From: Octopus sinensis
Lineage: Eukaryota
Reading direction: 5' to 3'
Assembly (NCBI RefSeq): GCF_006345805.1
Contig: NC_043020.1
Span: 24,242,001-24,306,000, forward strand
DNA length: 64,000 nucleotides
Positions 43,191 through 56,140 of this stretch are shown here, in pieces. The notes below the pieces were generated by a model. The model was not told where the DNA came from. It was given only the letters and a program-made list of their open reading frames with translations, and did not search any database. Numbering within the stretch: the stretch's first letter is position 1; the number at the start of each line of letters is the position of its first letter. A program made the position numbers and the translations under genes.

Positions 43191-43481
43191 TAGAATGGAG
43201 ACAATGCCAAGTTCTGCCATCAGTACTATTATTACATTATAGTATTACGACATACACTTAAAGTAAAAGTATGAACCATATACTAATAGTAGATATATTA
43301 ACTATAAATTTACTGCTATATTATGACAAATGTTAATTCGTATAACCATCAAGAAGATTAATAATTGCGCATGAAATTGTATAACTAGCTAGAAATAGCA
43401 AATAACTATTGCCGAAATTACATAAGTCTGTGATCATTACAGGAAGAAGAGAACGTCGGGAAGTAGTGTTTTTTTTATATT

Positions 43482-43603
<122 letters not shown>

Positions 43604-43934
43604 AGATATACTTTGATACTTTGATAGGTTTCGGCCATTATTGGCCCAGGCCATGTCTAACTTAATAGCACCACCTGGTATATATGAGTGTATATATATA
43701 TATATGGCTATTTCCATATTTATATATATATGTGTGTATATATGTGTATATATATATATTCGTATACTTATATGTGAGAGTGTATAATCATGCATATATT
43801 TGTATACTTATATATGTAATATATTTGTGTTTATGTAAATATATATATATATTATATATATATATATGTGTGTATATATGTGTATATATATATATACATA
43901 TATATAATCTATTTATTTATACGTATGTATGTAT

Positions 43935-43978
<44 letters not shown>

Positions 43979-44677
43979 CTTTAGATATATGCATGTATTT
44001 ATATTTATACATATATAAACTATAATTGTGTGTATATATATTTATGTGTATTTACGTTTATAGATGTATGATATATTAGCGAGGGTATATATATATTCAT
44101 ATATGTTTATATTTTTCTATGTATAATACACACACACTAATATGTATATTTCTATAAATCTGAAGCGAATTTGTAATCTTTCGACATTTCCTCTCGTTGC
44201 GTATGGCATTCTGTACATCACCAATTATCGACATTCTCATGTACGACATGTTAGTGTATGTATATAGCTGTGTGTCTAAACATATACATATATTCAGGTA
44301 AACATGCGTCTGTGTACACATATGCATACTCGTTTATATGTACGTTGATGGCATAATGTGTCAAAGTGTGGCTGCAACACCAAGAACGGTATTGATTTCC
44401 CATCTGTCTATTCAATCAAACCAAAAGATATTCTGACAGATGATATTTACCATATTCCTCCATGATAGTACCCTATGATATTCCATGTTATGTCATGTTA
44501 TTGAAACCTCTTCTCTCAATCCATGCGAGGCAGTAGCCCAAGCATGCAACCTTAAACGGAATCTAAATGAGAAACGCACTTTTTCGATTCGCTCGTGAAA
44601 TTAAACCTATCCTTGTTGGCAATAGACTTGGAATAAATAGGCAATAAATATACATGCAAGCCTGCTTACACACACAG

Positions 44678-44708
<31 letters not shown>

Positions 44709-44836
44709 TTTCTATACACACATATATATGTGATATATACTGCATATATATTTGAAATATATATTATATATATGTAATATATTATATAAAAATATATATA
44801 TATATAAATATCTATACAATATGTTACATTACTCGG

Positions 44837-44910
44837 TAGTCAAGATAAAACTCTGAGTTTCAGATGCCGAAGTGGAAATCCACAACACCATCTCTTCGGT
44901 TATCTGGCTA
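44837..44910 (-). ncRNA. Same variant hammerhead in the inverted pLTR arm
   Basis: Exact reverse complement of 46779-46852. Confidence 0.65.
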
Positions 44911-45243
44911 TTTGAAAACGTTATGAAAAAATACCGTTAAAAATGAAGGGAAATTACTCTGTTATAACTCTGCTTTGCCTGCGTACTTATACATCGCTCG
45001 CATTTTTCGTCATAAAAATTATATAAAAATACATAAAAATATATAAAAATATATAAAAATATATAAAATCTTCTTGGGACATAACACAGAAAGCATGTTC
45101 TATCCGTTTTCTTTAGGGGACCAAAAACGTAACAGAAATTTAGTCACATGTGGGCATGATCCGAAAAGCTCTGTCCTTGTATTTAGACATGTGGTAGGGT
45201 CTAAGCTGCTTTTCCAGATAAGCCATCTCTCCATGTCGCATAA

Positions 45244-46599
45244 ACCGCACCTAAAGAACTGCTAGATAAAGCCCTAATCTTCGCTAGTGACTTCATAGAA
45301 ATTAGTACCAATGATAAGGATATAATCTTCCATGCTAGAAAGACATTACTTTTCAGTGAGAATGCAAAGTGGGTAAAAAACACCGACACGGAGGGCGCTT
45401 TCGATGTGAGCATGGGTTCATATGATGGGGCAGGCATCTGTGATCTAATTGGACTCTTTCTCCTAGATACCTTCGGTAAGACATTCCCTAACGTACATTT
45501 CGCCATCTACAAAGATGATGCCCTCGCCTTAACAGCTAATACAAATGGACCAGCACAAGATCGTTTTAGGAAGGATATTATCCAGTTAATGAAACACTTC
45601 GGACTTAGTATAACTATAGACACTAACCTGACGGTTGTCAATTTCTTAGACGTTTCCTTAGATCTTAATAATAATATTTATAAGCCTTATAGGAAGCCCA
45701 ATGATAGACTAAGTTATATTAATGCAGGTTCATGCCATCCCCCTATAGTATTCAAAAATTTAGTTAAAAATATTAGTAAGAGGATTTCTAGCCTCTCATC
45801 TAATGAGGACATCTTCAATAGCGTTGCCCCAGTTTATAATAAAGCTTTAAAAGATAGTGGTTTTAGCGAAAAAATAAAATATACACCTATCACCAGCCCA
45901 ACAATAAGGAAAAGGAATAATAGAAATAGGAAGGTCATCTGGTTTACGCCCCCTTACTCACCCGAGGTGGCCTTCAATATAGGTAAATATTTCCTAGCAC
46001 TGATAGATAGACATTTTCCAGTTAACCATGCTTATAGGAAACTCTTTAATAGACACAATTTAAAAATTAGTTTTAGTTCAACTACCAATTTTAAAAACAT
46101 AATCAATCATAACATACAAAAAACACAAGAAGAAAACAGCTGTTCATGCAGGAATAAAGAATTGTGCCCGCTAAATGGAGCTTGCATGTCCAAGACCATC
46201 ATATATGAAGCTACCGTAAACTCTATAACCACTAAAGACACCGTTTCGACGAAGAAATACGTGGGCCTGACAGAGGGTAATTTCAAGGCCAGGTTCAATA
46301 ACCACACTTTGAGCTTTAGGCACTGGAACAAAAGAAAAGCGACACAATTATCCAATCATATTTGGTCTTTAAGAGATAAAGGTGTCGATTATAACATACA
46401 ATGGAAGATTTTGGCCAGATGTAAGCCCTATACTAACGGCAGCGGAAGGTGCGGTTTATGCGACATGGAGAGATGGCTTATCTGGAAAAGCAGCTTAGAC
46501 CCTACCACATGTCTAAATACAAGGACAGAGCTTTTCGGATCATGCCCACATGTGACTAAATTTCTGTTACGTTTTTGGTCCCCTAAAGAAAACGGATAG
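45244..46599 (+). CDS. PLE polyprotein remnant: C-terminal RT, Cys linker, GIY-YIG endonuclease (no start codon; N-truncated by the inversion)
   Basis: Open from 45244; element-derived part from 45253: KELLDKALIFASDF...FDVSMGSYDGAGICDLIG, YKDD catalytic motif, FLDV, linker CSCRNKELCPLNGAC, IIY...YVGLTEGNFKARF, C-terminal CGLC...LNTRTELFGSCPH. Confidence 0.9.
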   Translation, partial: TAPKELLDKALIFASDFIEISTNDKDIIFHARKTLLFSENAKWVKNTDTEGAFDVSMGSYDGAGICDLIGLFLLDTFGKTFPNVHFAIYKDDALALTANTNGPAQDRFRKDIIQLMKHFGLSITIDTNLTVVNFLDVSLDLNNNIYKPYRKPNDRLSYINAGSCHPPIVFKNLVKNISKRISSLSSNEDIFNSVAPVYNKALKDSGFSEKIKYTPITSPTIRKRNNRNRKVIWFTPPYSPEVAFNIGKYFLALIDRHFPVNHAYRKLFNRHNLKISFSSTTNFKNIINHNIQKTQEENSCSCRNKELCPLNGACMSKTIIYEATVNSITTKDTVSTKKYVGLTEGNFKARFNNHTLSFRHWNKRKATQLSNHIWSLRDKGVDYNIQWKILARCKPYTNGSGRCGLCDMERWLIWKSSLDPTTCLNTRTELFGSCPHVTKFLLRFWSPKENG

Positions 46600-46778
46600 A
46601 ACATGCTTTCTGTGTTATGTCCCAAGAAGATTTTATATATTTTTATATATTTTTATGTATTTTTATATAATTTTTATGACGAAAAATGCGAGCGATGTAT
46701 AAGTACGCAGGCAAAGCAGAGTTATAACAGAGTAATTTCCCTTCATTTTTAACGGTATTTTTTCATAACGTTTTCAAA

Positions 46779-46852
46779 TAGCCAGATAACCGAAGAGATG
46801 GTGTTGTGGATTTCCACTTCGGCATCTGAAACTCAGAGTTTTATCTTGACTA
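46779..46852 (+). ncRNA. Variant type I hammerhead ribozyme in PLE pLTR (3' arm)
   Basis: Stem I AGATAA/TTATCT (extendable with TAGCC/GACTA), core CCGAAGA (U4C), stem II GATG...CATC enclosing a GTGGA/TCCAC inverted repeat, extra T, GAAA, stem III ACTCAGAGT (near-palindrome), putative cleavage triplet GUU. Confidence 0.65.
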
Positions 46853-47123
46853 CCGAGTAATGTAACATATTGTATAGATAAATTTCCTCTATTTACATAA
46901 TATTGAGGTCTCTTTCTTTCTTTTGTTATCTTACCGTTTTATCAATATATATATAAATATATATATATGTAATATATAATATATGTATATGCAATATATA
47001 TAAAATATGTCTATATACAATATATGTATTATACATATGTAATATATATATGTAATATTTATACAAATATATATATATATATTATATATATGTAATATAT
47101 GATATATATATATATATATATAT

Positions 47124-47170
<47 letters not shown>

Positions 47171-48489
47171 GTATATAATATATGTATATGTAATACATAT
47201 ATATATATATGTGTATATATATATATATGTGTGTATGTGTTTATATATATATATATATATATATATAAAGTAACAAATGTGTGTGTATATAATCATATCA
47301 AACATGCATACACATGTGTGTACATATGTTTTCTTACGCTTGTATATATAAATATGCCACGTGCGTAAATGTATATGTACATACCTGTAGAAGCTGGGTG
47401 CAAGTTTATTTGATCTATGTATTTATCTACCTGCCCACCTACCTACCTACCTACCTACATACATACATACATACCTACCTACCTACCTACCTACACACAC
47501 ACACTGAATCCGAACACACAAACACGTGTATGTGTGCAAAAACACACACATATGTGTAAAGTTATCTCATGTATAATGTCTCTGTCTCTCTCAGTTGGTT
47601 TCTTGTAAAAATACTGATTTTTTTGTGTACCTCTTAATATACGCATTAATATATTTCGTTGTGTAATACGATAAACGACATCGATAGAATATCTGCACCT
47701 AAGTAAGTTGGATAATAGCCGTGTACAAGACTTGCTGTGCTCTGGTAGTAATATACATATATATCAAACGACTGTTTTCTTTTTTATATTTATATGAATA
47801 TCTCTCTTTCAATTTGCTGTTTATATCCTGCTAAGGTAAATGTCTTTTATTTTCCCCTCTTTTCACATCAGAATTACAAGGTACCGCCGCACAGACATAG
47901 TTGTGTTACGAATTCAGCTTGGCAACCAAACGATTCCACGTTCGATCCGAATGGATAGGCACTTAGGCCAAGTGTTCTCTCCTATAACGTCGTGTTGATA
48001 AATACTTGCGAGTGGAACTTTTTAGAATGTACATGTAAGTAAGTATAAAACGTATGCATAATATGTAAGCTATATATGATTCTTTACGAAAGATATTTTA
48101 GAATTTTATCTGAGGTGTTTAATAAATGCAGCCATTTCGTGAAATTCCATCTGAAAAGCCACGAGATCATTTATTTAAGGTGTCGATTAGCCTAGCTGAA
48201 GAGTTAACTTCTTAACGCAATTTGAGCAAGCAAATGGTTAAATACTTGGTAACATTTGGTGACGCGTTGTTGGATGGGGTCACCATGGATTTCAACGTCC
48301 TTAGATGTTCACAAGAGCACAAAACACCTCTAATTAGTGCGTACCGAGAGAATGCCTGATGTGGCTTAGCGTTGCGATAATAAGGAAGCTTAAGTGCTAT
48401 ACATATGGTAGGAAAAGTTACCTAAGGACTTTTGCAGAGGTTTTGTAAAAAGGAAGCAAAAACTGGATCGAGGGCGTTGCTTTTAACGA

Positions 48490-48658
48490 GGTACCGATCG
48501 TAACAACTCTAGAAATAATGAACGAAAATTCTGAGTTCAAATCCTGCCGACGGCAACTCTGCTTTTCAATCTTTCGTAGTCGATAAAAGAAATAAGGTTT
48601 GATGTAATCGACTAATCTACTTCCCTTTAAATCGCTGGCCTTGTGCCTAAATCAGAGA

Positions 48659-48660
<2 letters not shown>
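48490..48660 (+). mobile_element. SINE family A remnant with (TTA)n/(GTA)n tail
   Basis: CTGAGTTCAAATCC...GATGTAATCGACT...GGCCTTGTGCCTAAA followed by a trinucleotide tract. Confidence 0.65.
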
Positions 48661-48725
<65 letters not shown>

Positions 48726-48735
48726 TGTTGTTATT

Positions 48736-48784
<49 letters not shown>

Positions 48785-49769
48785 GATTTGTATTGGTTCT
48801 GGTATAGTTATTTTGGTTCAGTGTGTGTGTAATTCTCGTGGAGCATGGTGGCGGCGGAGTCGATGTATAACTTCAGCCATTATTATTTTGGCAACATTTC
48901 TTATCTTGTTCCATCTTTTATTGAAACAGAAATTCGTAGCGAAAATAAGTTTTCGGGAACAACGTGAATAACACCACCACCACCACCACCACCACCACTA
49001 CCAATAACAACGACAACAACAATAACAACTACAACTACTACAATTGGAAGAACAATTACTACCAAAAACAAGAACAACGTCAGCGAAAACAATGATGACA
49101 AGAATAGTGAAAAGAACAACCACAGCAAAAACAGCAACAACAAAAACACAATAAAAACAAAAATAATATCAAAAGGAATCGCCACCCCCACCCCATGAAA
49201 AATAAAGAAATAAACAAACAACTCAAAGAAAAAATACTAAAACAATGAAGGGAGGGAGAAATAGAAAGGAAACGATAAGACGATGATGGGGATGATGATC
49301 GTGGTGGTGATGGTGAAGGCGCTAAGGATGGGTTATGACGATGATGATCAATGGAGTGATGATGGTGATGGTGCTGAAACTGTTCGGTAGTGATGATGAT
49401 GATGATGATGATCATGACGGTGATGATGGTGGTGGCGATGATGATGAAGGCGAGGATGAAGACGATGATGATGATGTTGATAGTGATGATGAATATTTGG
49501 TAAATTAAAGATGACGATGCTTGACTGTAAAAGATGATGATAATGAATATGATGATGATGATGATGATGATGGAGGTGGCTGTTCGTGATGACGACGGTT
49601 ATGGAGTTAATAATGATGATGATGATGATGCTGATTAGAAGGGGATGAAAAGACGGTGAGAGGGGGCGGATTACGACCGATGATAACAACCACATTCACG
49701 ACAATGTGAACACATATTGACGATAAGAACAACAACAATAACCGCAAAAAGAAGCCTCAATAACGCCTT

Positions 49770-49804
<35 letters not shown>

Positions 49805-49894
49805 ATGAAAATAATAGCAAAACAATAACCATTGCAATAAGTGAAAGATGAATTTTTATAATGATGAAAATGATGATGATGATGATGGTGATGA

Positions 49895-49986
<92 letters not shown>

Positions 49987-50235
49987 TAGGAAATGATGGC
50001 TATAGGTAAATGAAAATCAGAATGAAAATATTACTAATTTATTTTTGTCTCCATGTTTCTGCGAGAATCAAAAAAGAAGGAAAAAAATTTGCAAAGCAAC
50101 AACAACAACAACAACAACAACAATAATAATGATAGGTAAAAAACAATGGAAATATCATACGTCGATAGTGAAAGAGAAACGACAACTACTACTACTGTTA
50201 CTACTACTATTACTACTACTATAACGATAATAATG

Positions 50236-50290
<55 letters not shown>
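48660..50290. repeat. Mosaic of trinucleotide repeats (TTA, GTA, CCA, CAA, GAT, CTA, ATA); similar mosaics at 38160-38620 and 51730-52630
   Basis: Read directly. Confidence 0.9.
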
Positions 50291-50464
50291 AAAAGAAGAC
50301 AGGAACAAAAGCAAATAGAGGAAAAAGAAGGGTGAAAAGGAAGAAATATATAAAATAAAAAGAAGGACGTCTTCTCAGTGAAATTGAAATTGTAGATTCC
50401 TTAAGGGCTAAGAGATATTAAGAAACGGTAAATTACTTCCATATCGCGAAACCCGAAATGTACA

Positions 50465-50503
<39 letters not shown>

Positions 50504-50805
50504 ATTCAAGTGTATACAAACGTGTATACATGTACAAATAATCGTAAATACGCATGAACAGACAGAGAGATACTTAAGTACACATTAGACATACATGCCC
50601 ACAAGACGAGTAAATATACACACGCAATCACTGTCAATCATATATACATATGCATATGTGTGTGTCCGCGTGTATACATATGTATGGGTGTGTGTGCGTA
50701 TATGTCTGTACATCATATGTATATATACATAAATATTCTATACCAGAACATATATATATATTTGTGTGAGAGAGCGTAAAGGTATATATATATATATATT
50801 ATATA

Positions 50806-50938
<133 letters not shown>

Positions 50939-51128
50939 ATCACATATCCGCAAAGATATCAAAACTCAGAGGTGCACATATATAGACAGATGCGCATGCG
51001 TATTCACACACATATTCATGAACAGAAATATATTTTCTCTCCGTCTCTCTCTAAGGCTCTCTCGCTTGTACAGAAACGCAAATATATATCCATATGTTCA
51101 TGTAGATAAATACACACCATACACACAT

Positions 51129-51163
<35 letters not shown>

Positions 51164-51472
51164 CATGCACACACGCATATAGGTGCATATACACACATAC
51201 ACGCTCACGTACTCCCACACCTGCACATGTAAACACACACATACTCATATATAGATATATCCATGTATATACACACATATATACCTACATGCACATATAT
51301 ACACACATGCATATACATATATATATATATACATGTACATGCATACACACACACATATATATACATATACACACATCGACTCTATCTCTCACACACATAT
51401 ATATACATGCGCATACACACACATATACATACATGCGCATACACACACATATATATATATACATGCACATAT

Positions 51473-51528
<56 letters not shown>

Positions 51529-53115
51529 GCACATATACACACACACACACACACACTCATAGACAGATCAGGAAAACATCTACACCCTACATTGAAACAC
51601 TCTGACATAATGAATATATCCACATTCTCGCGAAGGAGAGACACGCACTGAGAATTACGTACACACACACACACACACACACAATTACACAAGTACCTGC
51701 ATACATACTCATACACATGAACACGCAACCACCACGAACAGAAACAACAACAACAGCAGCAACAACAGCCCATCTATCTGCATTATCTTGTAAGTGGATT
51801 TTTTAATTGTTTTCTTGTTGAAAATGGTAGAATGGCAAACCGCAAATCCCAACAGGAACAATGAGATCAACAGCAGCAGCACCAGCTGCAGCAGCGACAG
51901 CAGCAGCAATAACAAGAAGCAACATTAACCATCACAACAGCAACCATCACTAAACATTTGTTACCAAGAATAAAATGATTACAACAGAAATCCCCACCAC
52001 GACCACCACTAACGAATGTTTCACCGCCATTACTCCTATCTACACCCACCCCAACAACAACAACAATAACAATACTACCACCATCGCCTCTAACACGACC
52101 ATTACCTCCACCACCACCATCAACTCTACCACCACCAACACCTCCACCACCACCGATCTCTCCACAGCAGCATGCAATAATCCGCTTCTGCCACCAACAC
52201 CACCACAAAAGGGAAAAAACAATTATCACAGTAACAACAACAACTATAATAACTACAGCATCAACAACAACAAGAAGACATCATTTTGTTCATCAAGAAG
52301 AAGACTAATAACATCACAACAAGAATTATTATCACGTGAACAATAACAAATACAATAGCAGACACGACAACATGAGCAACAACACAATTATTACAACAAT
52401 AAAAGCGAACAAATAACCACGAATATATACAACAACAACAACAACAACGGTAACAATACAATTACCACAGTAATAACGGCAATAATACGCTACATTCACT
52501 ACTGTTACAACTAACAGCACCATTATATGAAAAATATTATAAAAACAAAAACATTACAACAAACACCACCACAACAACACCGACCTCCACTACTACCACC
52601 ACCACAATAACATCAACAACTAGACAATTACCACTTGAACAACAAGGGACAGAGGTAGGGTAAGGTGGTGTTCGTGGTGGAGACGGGCGGATGTAAAAAC
52701 CTGTTTGTGGAGAAAACGGATAGAAATGGACGCGGAATGTGACGGAGGTTTATATAGAAGTTTGTGGACGTTACAGAGGGAACCGGTTTCTTACGGAGAG
52801 GAAGGAAGTATTGCCAGCGTATATGAATTTGAGGGGGCAAAAATTAGTAGAAAGAGAGAATGTGTGAGTGAGAGAGACGTAGGATGAACGGCAGAGGAGA
52901 AACAGGATAACGAGAAAGAAATGGGGAGAAAAGTCGAGAAAGGTAGCGAGTGTGAGAGGTAGAGAGACTTAAAAAGATAGGAGGGTTTGAAAAAAGATTT
53001 GGTTAGAAAGGCTGAGAGAGTTTACTGACGTACGGAGATGTTAAGCACAAATCCTCAGACATACATCTATGCACCCGCCAGCACAAACACACACGCACGC
53101 ATGCATACAACACTA

Positions 53116-53151
<36 letters not shown>

Positions 53152-53311
53152 TGTATGTATGTATGTATGTATGTATGTATGTATATAGGTATGTATGAAT
53201 GTATGTATGTGTATATATATATATATGTGTGTGTATATGTGTATATATGTGTGTATATGTGTATATATGTATGTATATGTGTATAGATGTGTGTATATAT
53301 GTATATATATA

Positions 53312-53359
<48 letters not shown>

Positions 53360-53641
53360 AGAGAGAGAAAGAATACAAGTGTATGCACAAATGTGTGTGA
53401 GTGAATAAGAAAGAGGAAATCAGATTCCTGCCTACATACATATAGGCAATCCGAATACACTCCTCAAGCAGAACAATCAGTATTTACAAAATTTTTTTAA
53501 AAAGTTCCTCACATAATTTTTTCCCTTGTTCTCATTACCCAAATTTCAAAAATGGATCTTTGTCTCCAGATTAGGAAAGTCTTCCATCTACAAAATTTCA
53601 ATGAGTTGAAAAAGAACAACATACAAGCATGTGTGGGTGTT

Positions 53642-53693
<52 letters not shown>

Positions 53694-53745
53694 CGTGTAT
53701 GTCTGTATATATAGATGTATATACATACAAATACATATATGTATA

Positions 53746-53796
<51 letters not shown>

Positions 53797-55339
53797 TGTA
53801 CAGCTGTAATGTAGGTTTGTCTGCAAATTATTTCGATGTAGCCAACAGTATGTAATATCCTTAGATTTTATTTGTCTTCATGTGTTATCTAGATTATAAA
53901 TGTGATGTTATCTCCATACAAATTAGGTGTTTGTTGTCGACTTGACAGAGTCTAGACACCATCTTGTTGATTCTGATCAGGAATACATATTGCTTTGACG
54001 ATTGCTGCATTCTAATGTGTATGTTTGTGTGTGTGTGTGTATAGTCAAAATTTGTATCCACTCACCCGAGGAAAGTCTGGGAAGTGTGATATTAACTGTG
54101 CTGCCGTGAGAAGGTTTTAAAAATATGCTTGAAGCTGTTGCACTGCTCGATACACAGAATCGCTCCTACGTTGTGGTTTCAATTCCAATTTTCAGAACAT
54201 CTTAATTTCGTGGGCCATGCTTGAATTATTTTTAAGCTATTTCTCCTTATTCATTTCTACTTCATTGCGGTTTGAGTTCTAATTGAAAACATTTTGTTTT
54301 GAGCACAATCAAATAGAACATAATTTAATGCACGTGTAAGATCGCCGCTTGCTTTTCTCGTTCTCCCCTTTCGGCATAGGTTTTGTTTGTGTAGATAGTG
54401 TTATAAAGAGGCTGGCTTATATACACGCACGTGTACATATATGTATATCATGCATGCACCCATACACACCACACATGTAAGGAAGACTTACCGTCGTTCA
54501 AACTTTGCCTGTCCTGTGTATTGCATGTGTTATACAGGACATATTTCCATGATACAAACATATTCACAATTTTATCAGCCACAAGATTAATTTAGGACTT
54601 ATATTATAAAGAGAAATACTGTTACACAACGTACGAAACAAGGGCGAACTAAACGTCTGAAAACAAGCAAAGACGTTTAGGACAAACTTGTGAAAATACT
54701 TTGGAGAGGATAAGAGCTAGTCACTTATTGATTCACTTTTAAGTTATATTTTGTGTAACATGCTTTTAGTTGTTGCACATTAAACTGACTCTTCTAAAGG
54801 AATTACTTAACCATTTGCCGTTCCTAAGTTTTACACGATAAACGGTGCATTTCCTTGGCGTACAGGCTTCATACTTGATATACATTTCCAATTTTTACAG
54901 TCGTTACAATAACCTGGGACTGATATTAAGGAAATGGGGGCGAAGTAAAAGTGTGAAAACAAACATGGATGTTTAAGCCTAACTTGTGAAAAGGCTTTGA
55001 ACAGGTAAATGGTAAATTGTGAGGATTATGTTGTTCGATCACTTGATCTCCTTACTCACGTAAATAACTGAGGATTTCAGTGAGCGATACCACGATTTTC
55101 ACATGACTCTCAGGTAGTAACAGCGCGACACAATGTTAGATAAGGTCGTACCTGTAAAGTGCAAAGGTATGGTACATCCGCGTAACTTCTGTAAATTTCC
55201 ATCATAAGGTATGAATTAACCCCAGGCATATTGCCAGGCAATGAGATCGAATCCAGGACACCGTAGGTACGAAACAGACTTATTAAAATCTCGACCATAC
55301 AGTGGCGCTATATATATATATATATAATATATATATATA

Positions 55340-55589
55340 TATTTGAGCAAGGCACTTTATTTCACGTTGCTCCAGTTCACTCAGCTGTAGAAATGAGTTG
55401 CGACGTCACTGGTGCCAAGCTGTATCGACCTTTGTCTTTCCCTTGGATAACACTGGTGGCGTGGAGAGGGGAGGCTGGTATGCATGGGCGACTGCTGGCC
55501 TTCCATAAACAACCTTGCCCGGACTTGTGTCTAGGAGGGTAACTTTCTAGGTGCAATCCCATGGTCATTCATGACCGAAGGGGGTCTTA
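55340..55589 (+). mobile_element. SINE family C copy (5'-truncated) directly upstream of the hammerhead array
   Basis: TTGAGCAAGGCACTTTATTTCAC...GGTAACTTTCTAGGTGCAATCCCATGGTC...GACCGAAGGGGGTC, bounded by (TA)n. Confidence 0.75.
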
Positions 55590-55650
55590 ATATATATATA
55601 TATATATATATATAGAATGCCTCGTGAAAAATATCTGTTCCGATTTGGCT

Positions 55651-55757
55651 ATTCCTTACTGATGAATCTAAGGGCCTATGGTAGATTGGCTTGATTTAAT
55701 TTAATCAGGTTAATTTACCATTAAACAGTAGAAGAAACGGTGCATCGTCTAAGGAAT
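55651..55757 (+). ncRNA. Type I hammerhead ribozyme, copy 1
   Basis: Stem I ATTCCTTA/TAAGGAAT (8 bp), CTGATGA 55659-55665, 68-nt stem II, GAAA 55734-55737, stem III ACGG[TGCA]TCGT, GUC site with predicted cleavage after 55749. Confidence 0.85.
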
Positions 55758-56140
55758 TTCAGGGTAAATGTTTTTTAATTTTCTCCTGATTTACGGAATT
55801 AATGTTATTTTGCGGTTGAAGCTTTTTGGCTGTTATTTCTAGTGGGTGAATGGCCTATATGGCCGTTCCTTGATTGTGATATTGAACTTAAAAATGGTTT
55901 ATGACTATTTAATTTTTTCCCACTAGGCCGCTGGGGGCAAAGGAATTCTACAAAATTTTTTTTGCCTCCCTATATTGATTAATATGAATTTTCTGGTTGG
56001 TTCCGTAATGGAATCGGCGGCTTATATTTATTTGCTGCCGATAAATTTGGCGCGAGTGCGACGATTTGAAAATTTTAGGTCAGATATTGGCGAGGCATGG
56101 ACGAGAATGCCTCGTGAAAAATATCTGTTCCGATTTGGCT

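Larger units (their letters stand above)
44809..46880 (+). mobile_element. Penelope-like retroelement (PLE), 5'-truncated, with inverted pLTR copy at its 5' end
   Basis: Sense body 45253-46880 encodes RT + GIY-YIG. 44809-45252 is the reverse complement of 46447-46880, identical by eye except for one extra 10-bp ATATAAAAAT unit. Both arms carry a hammerhead-like motif. Confidence 0.93.

Noticed and set aside
45244-46599. Selenoprotein-type PLE (in-frame UGA plus SECIS), as reported for some Naiad elements
   Set aside because: No in-frame TGA in the surviving ORF, and I could not identify a SECIS by eye; the missing 5' part cannot be judged.
48196-48236. CTGAAGA-GTTAA(CTTC)TTAAC-GCAA hammerhead-like stretch
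   Set aside because: GCAA instead of GAAA, G at the cleavage position and no stem I pairing.
48901-49221. GGGVIHVV in a minus ORF, resembling the FAS1 NGVIHVID motif
   Set aside because: The glycines come from a (GGT)n tract, there is no Asn or ID..L, and no suitable acceptor or donor.
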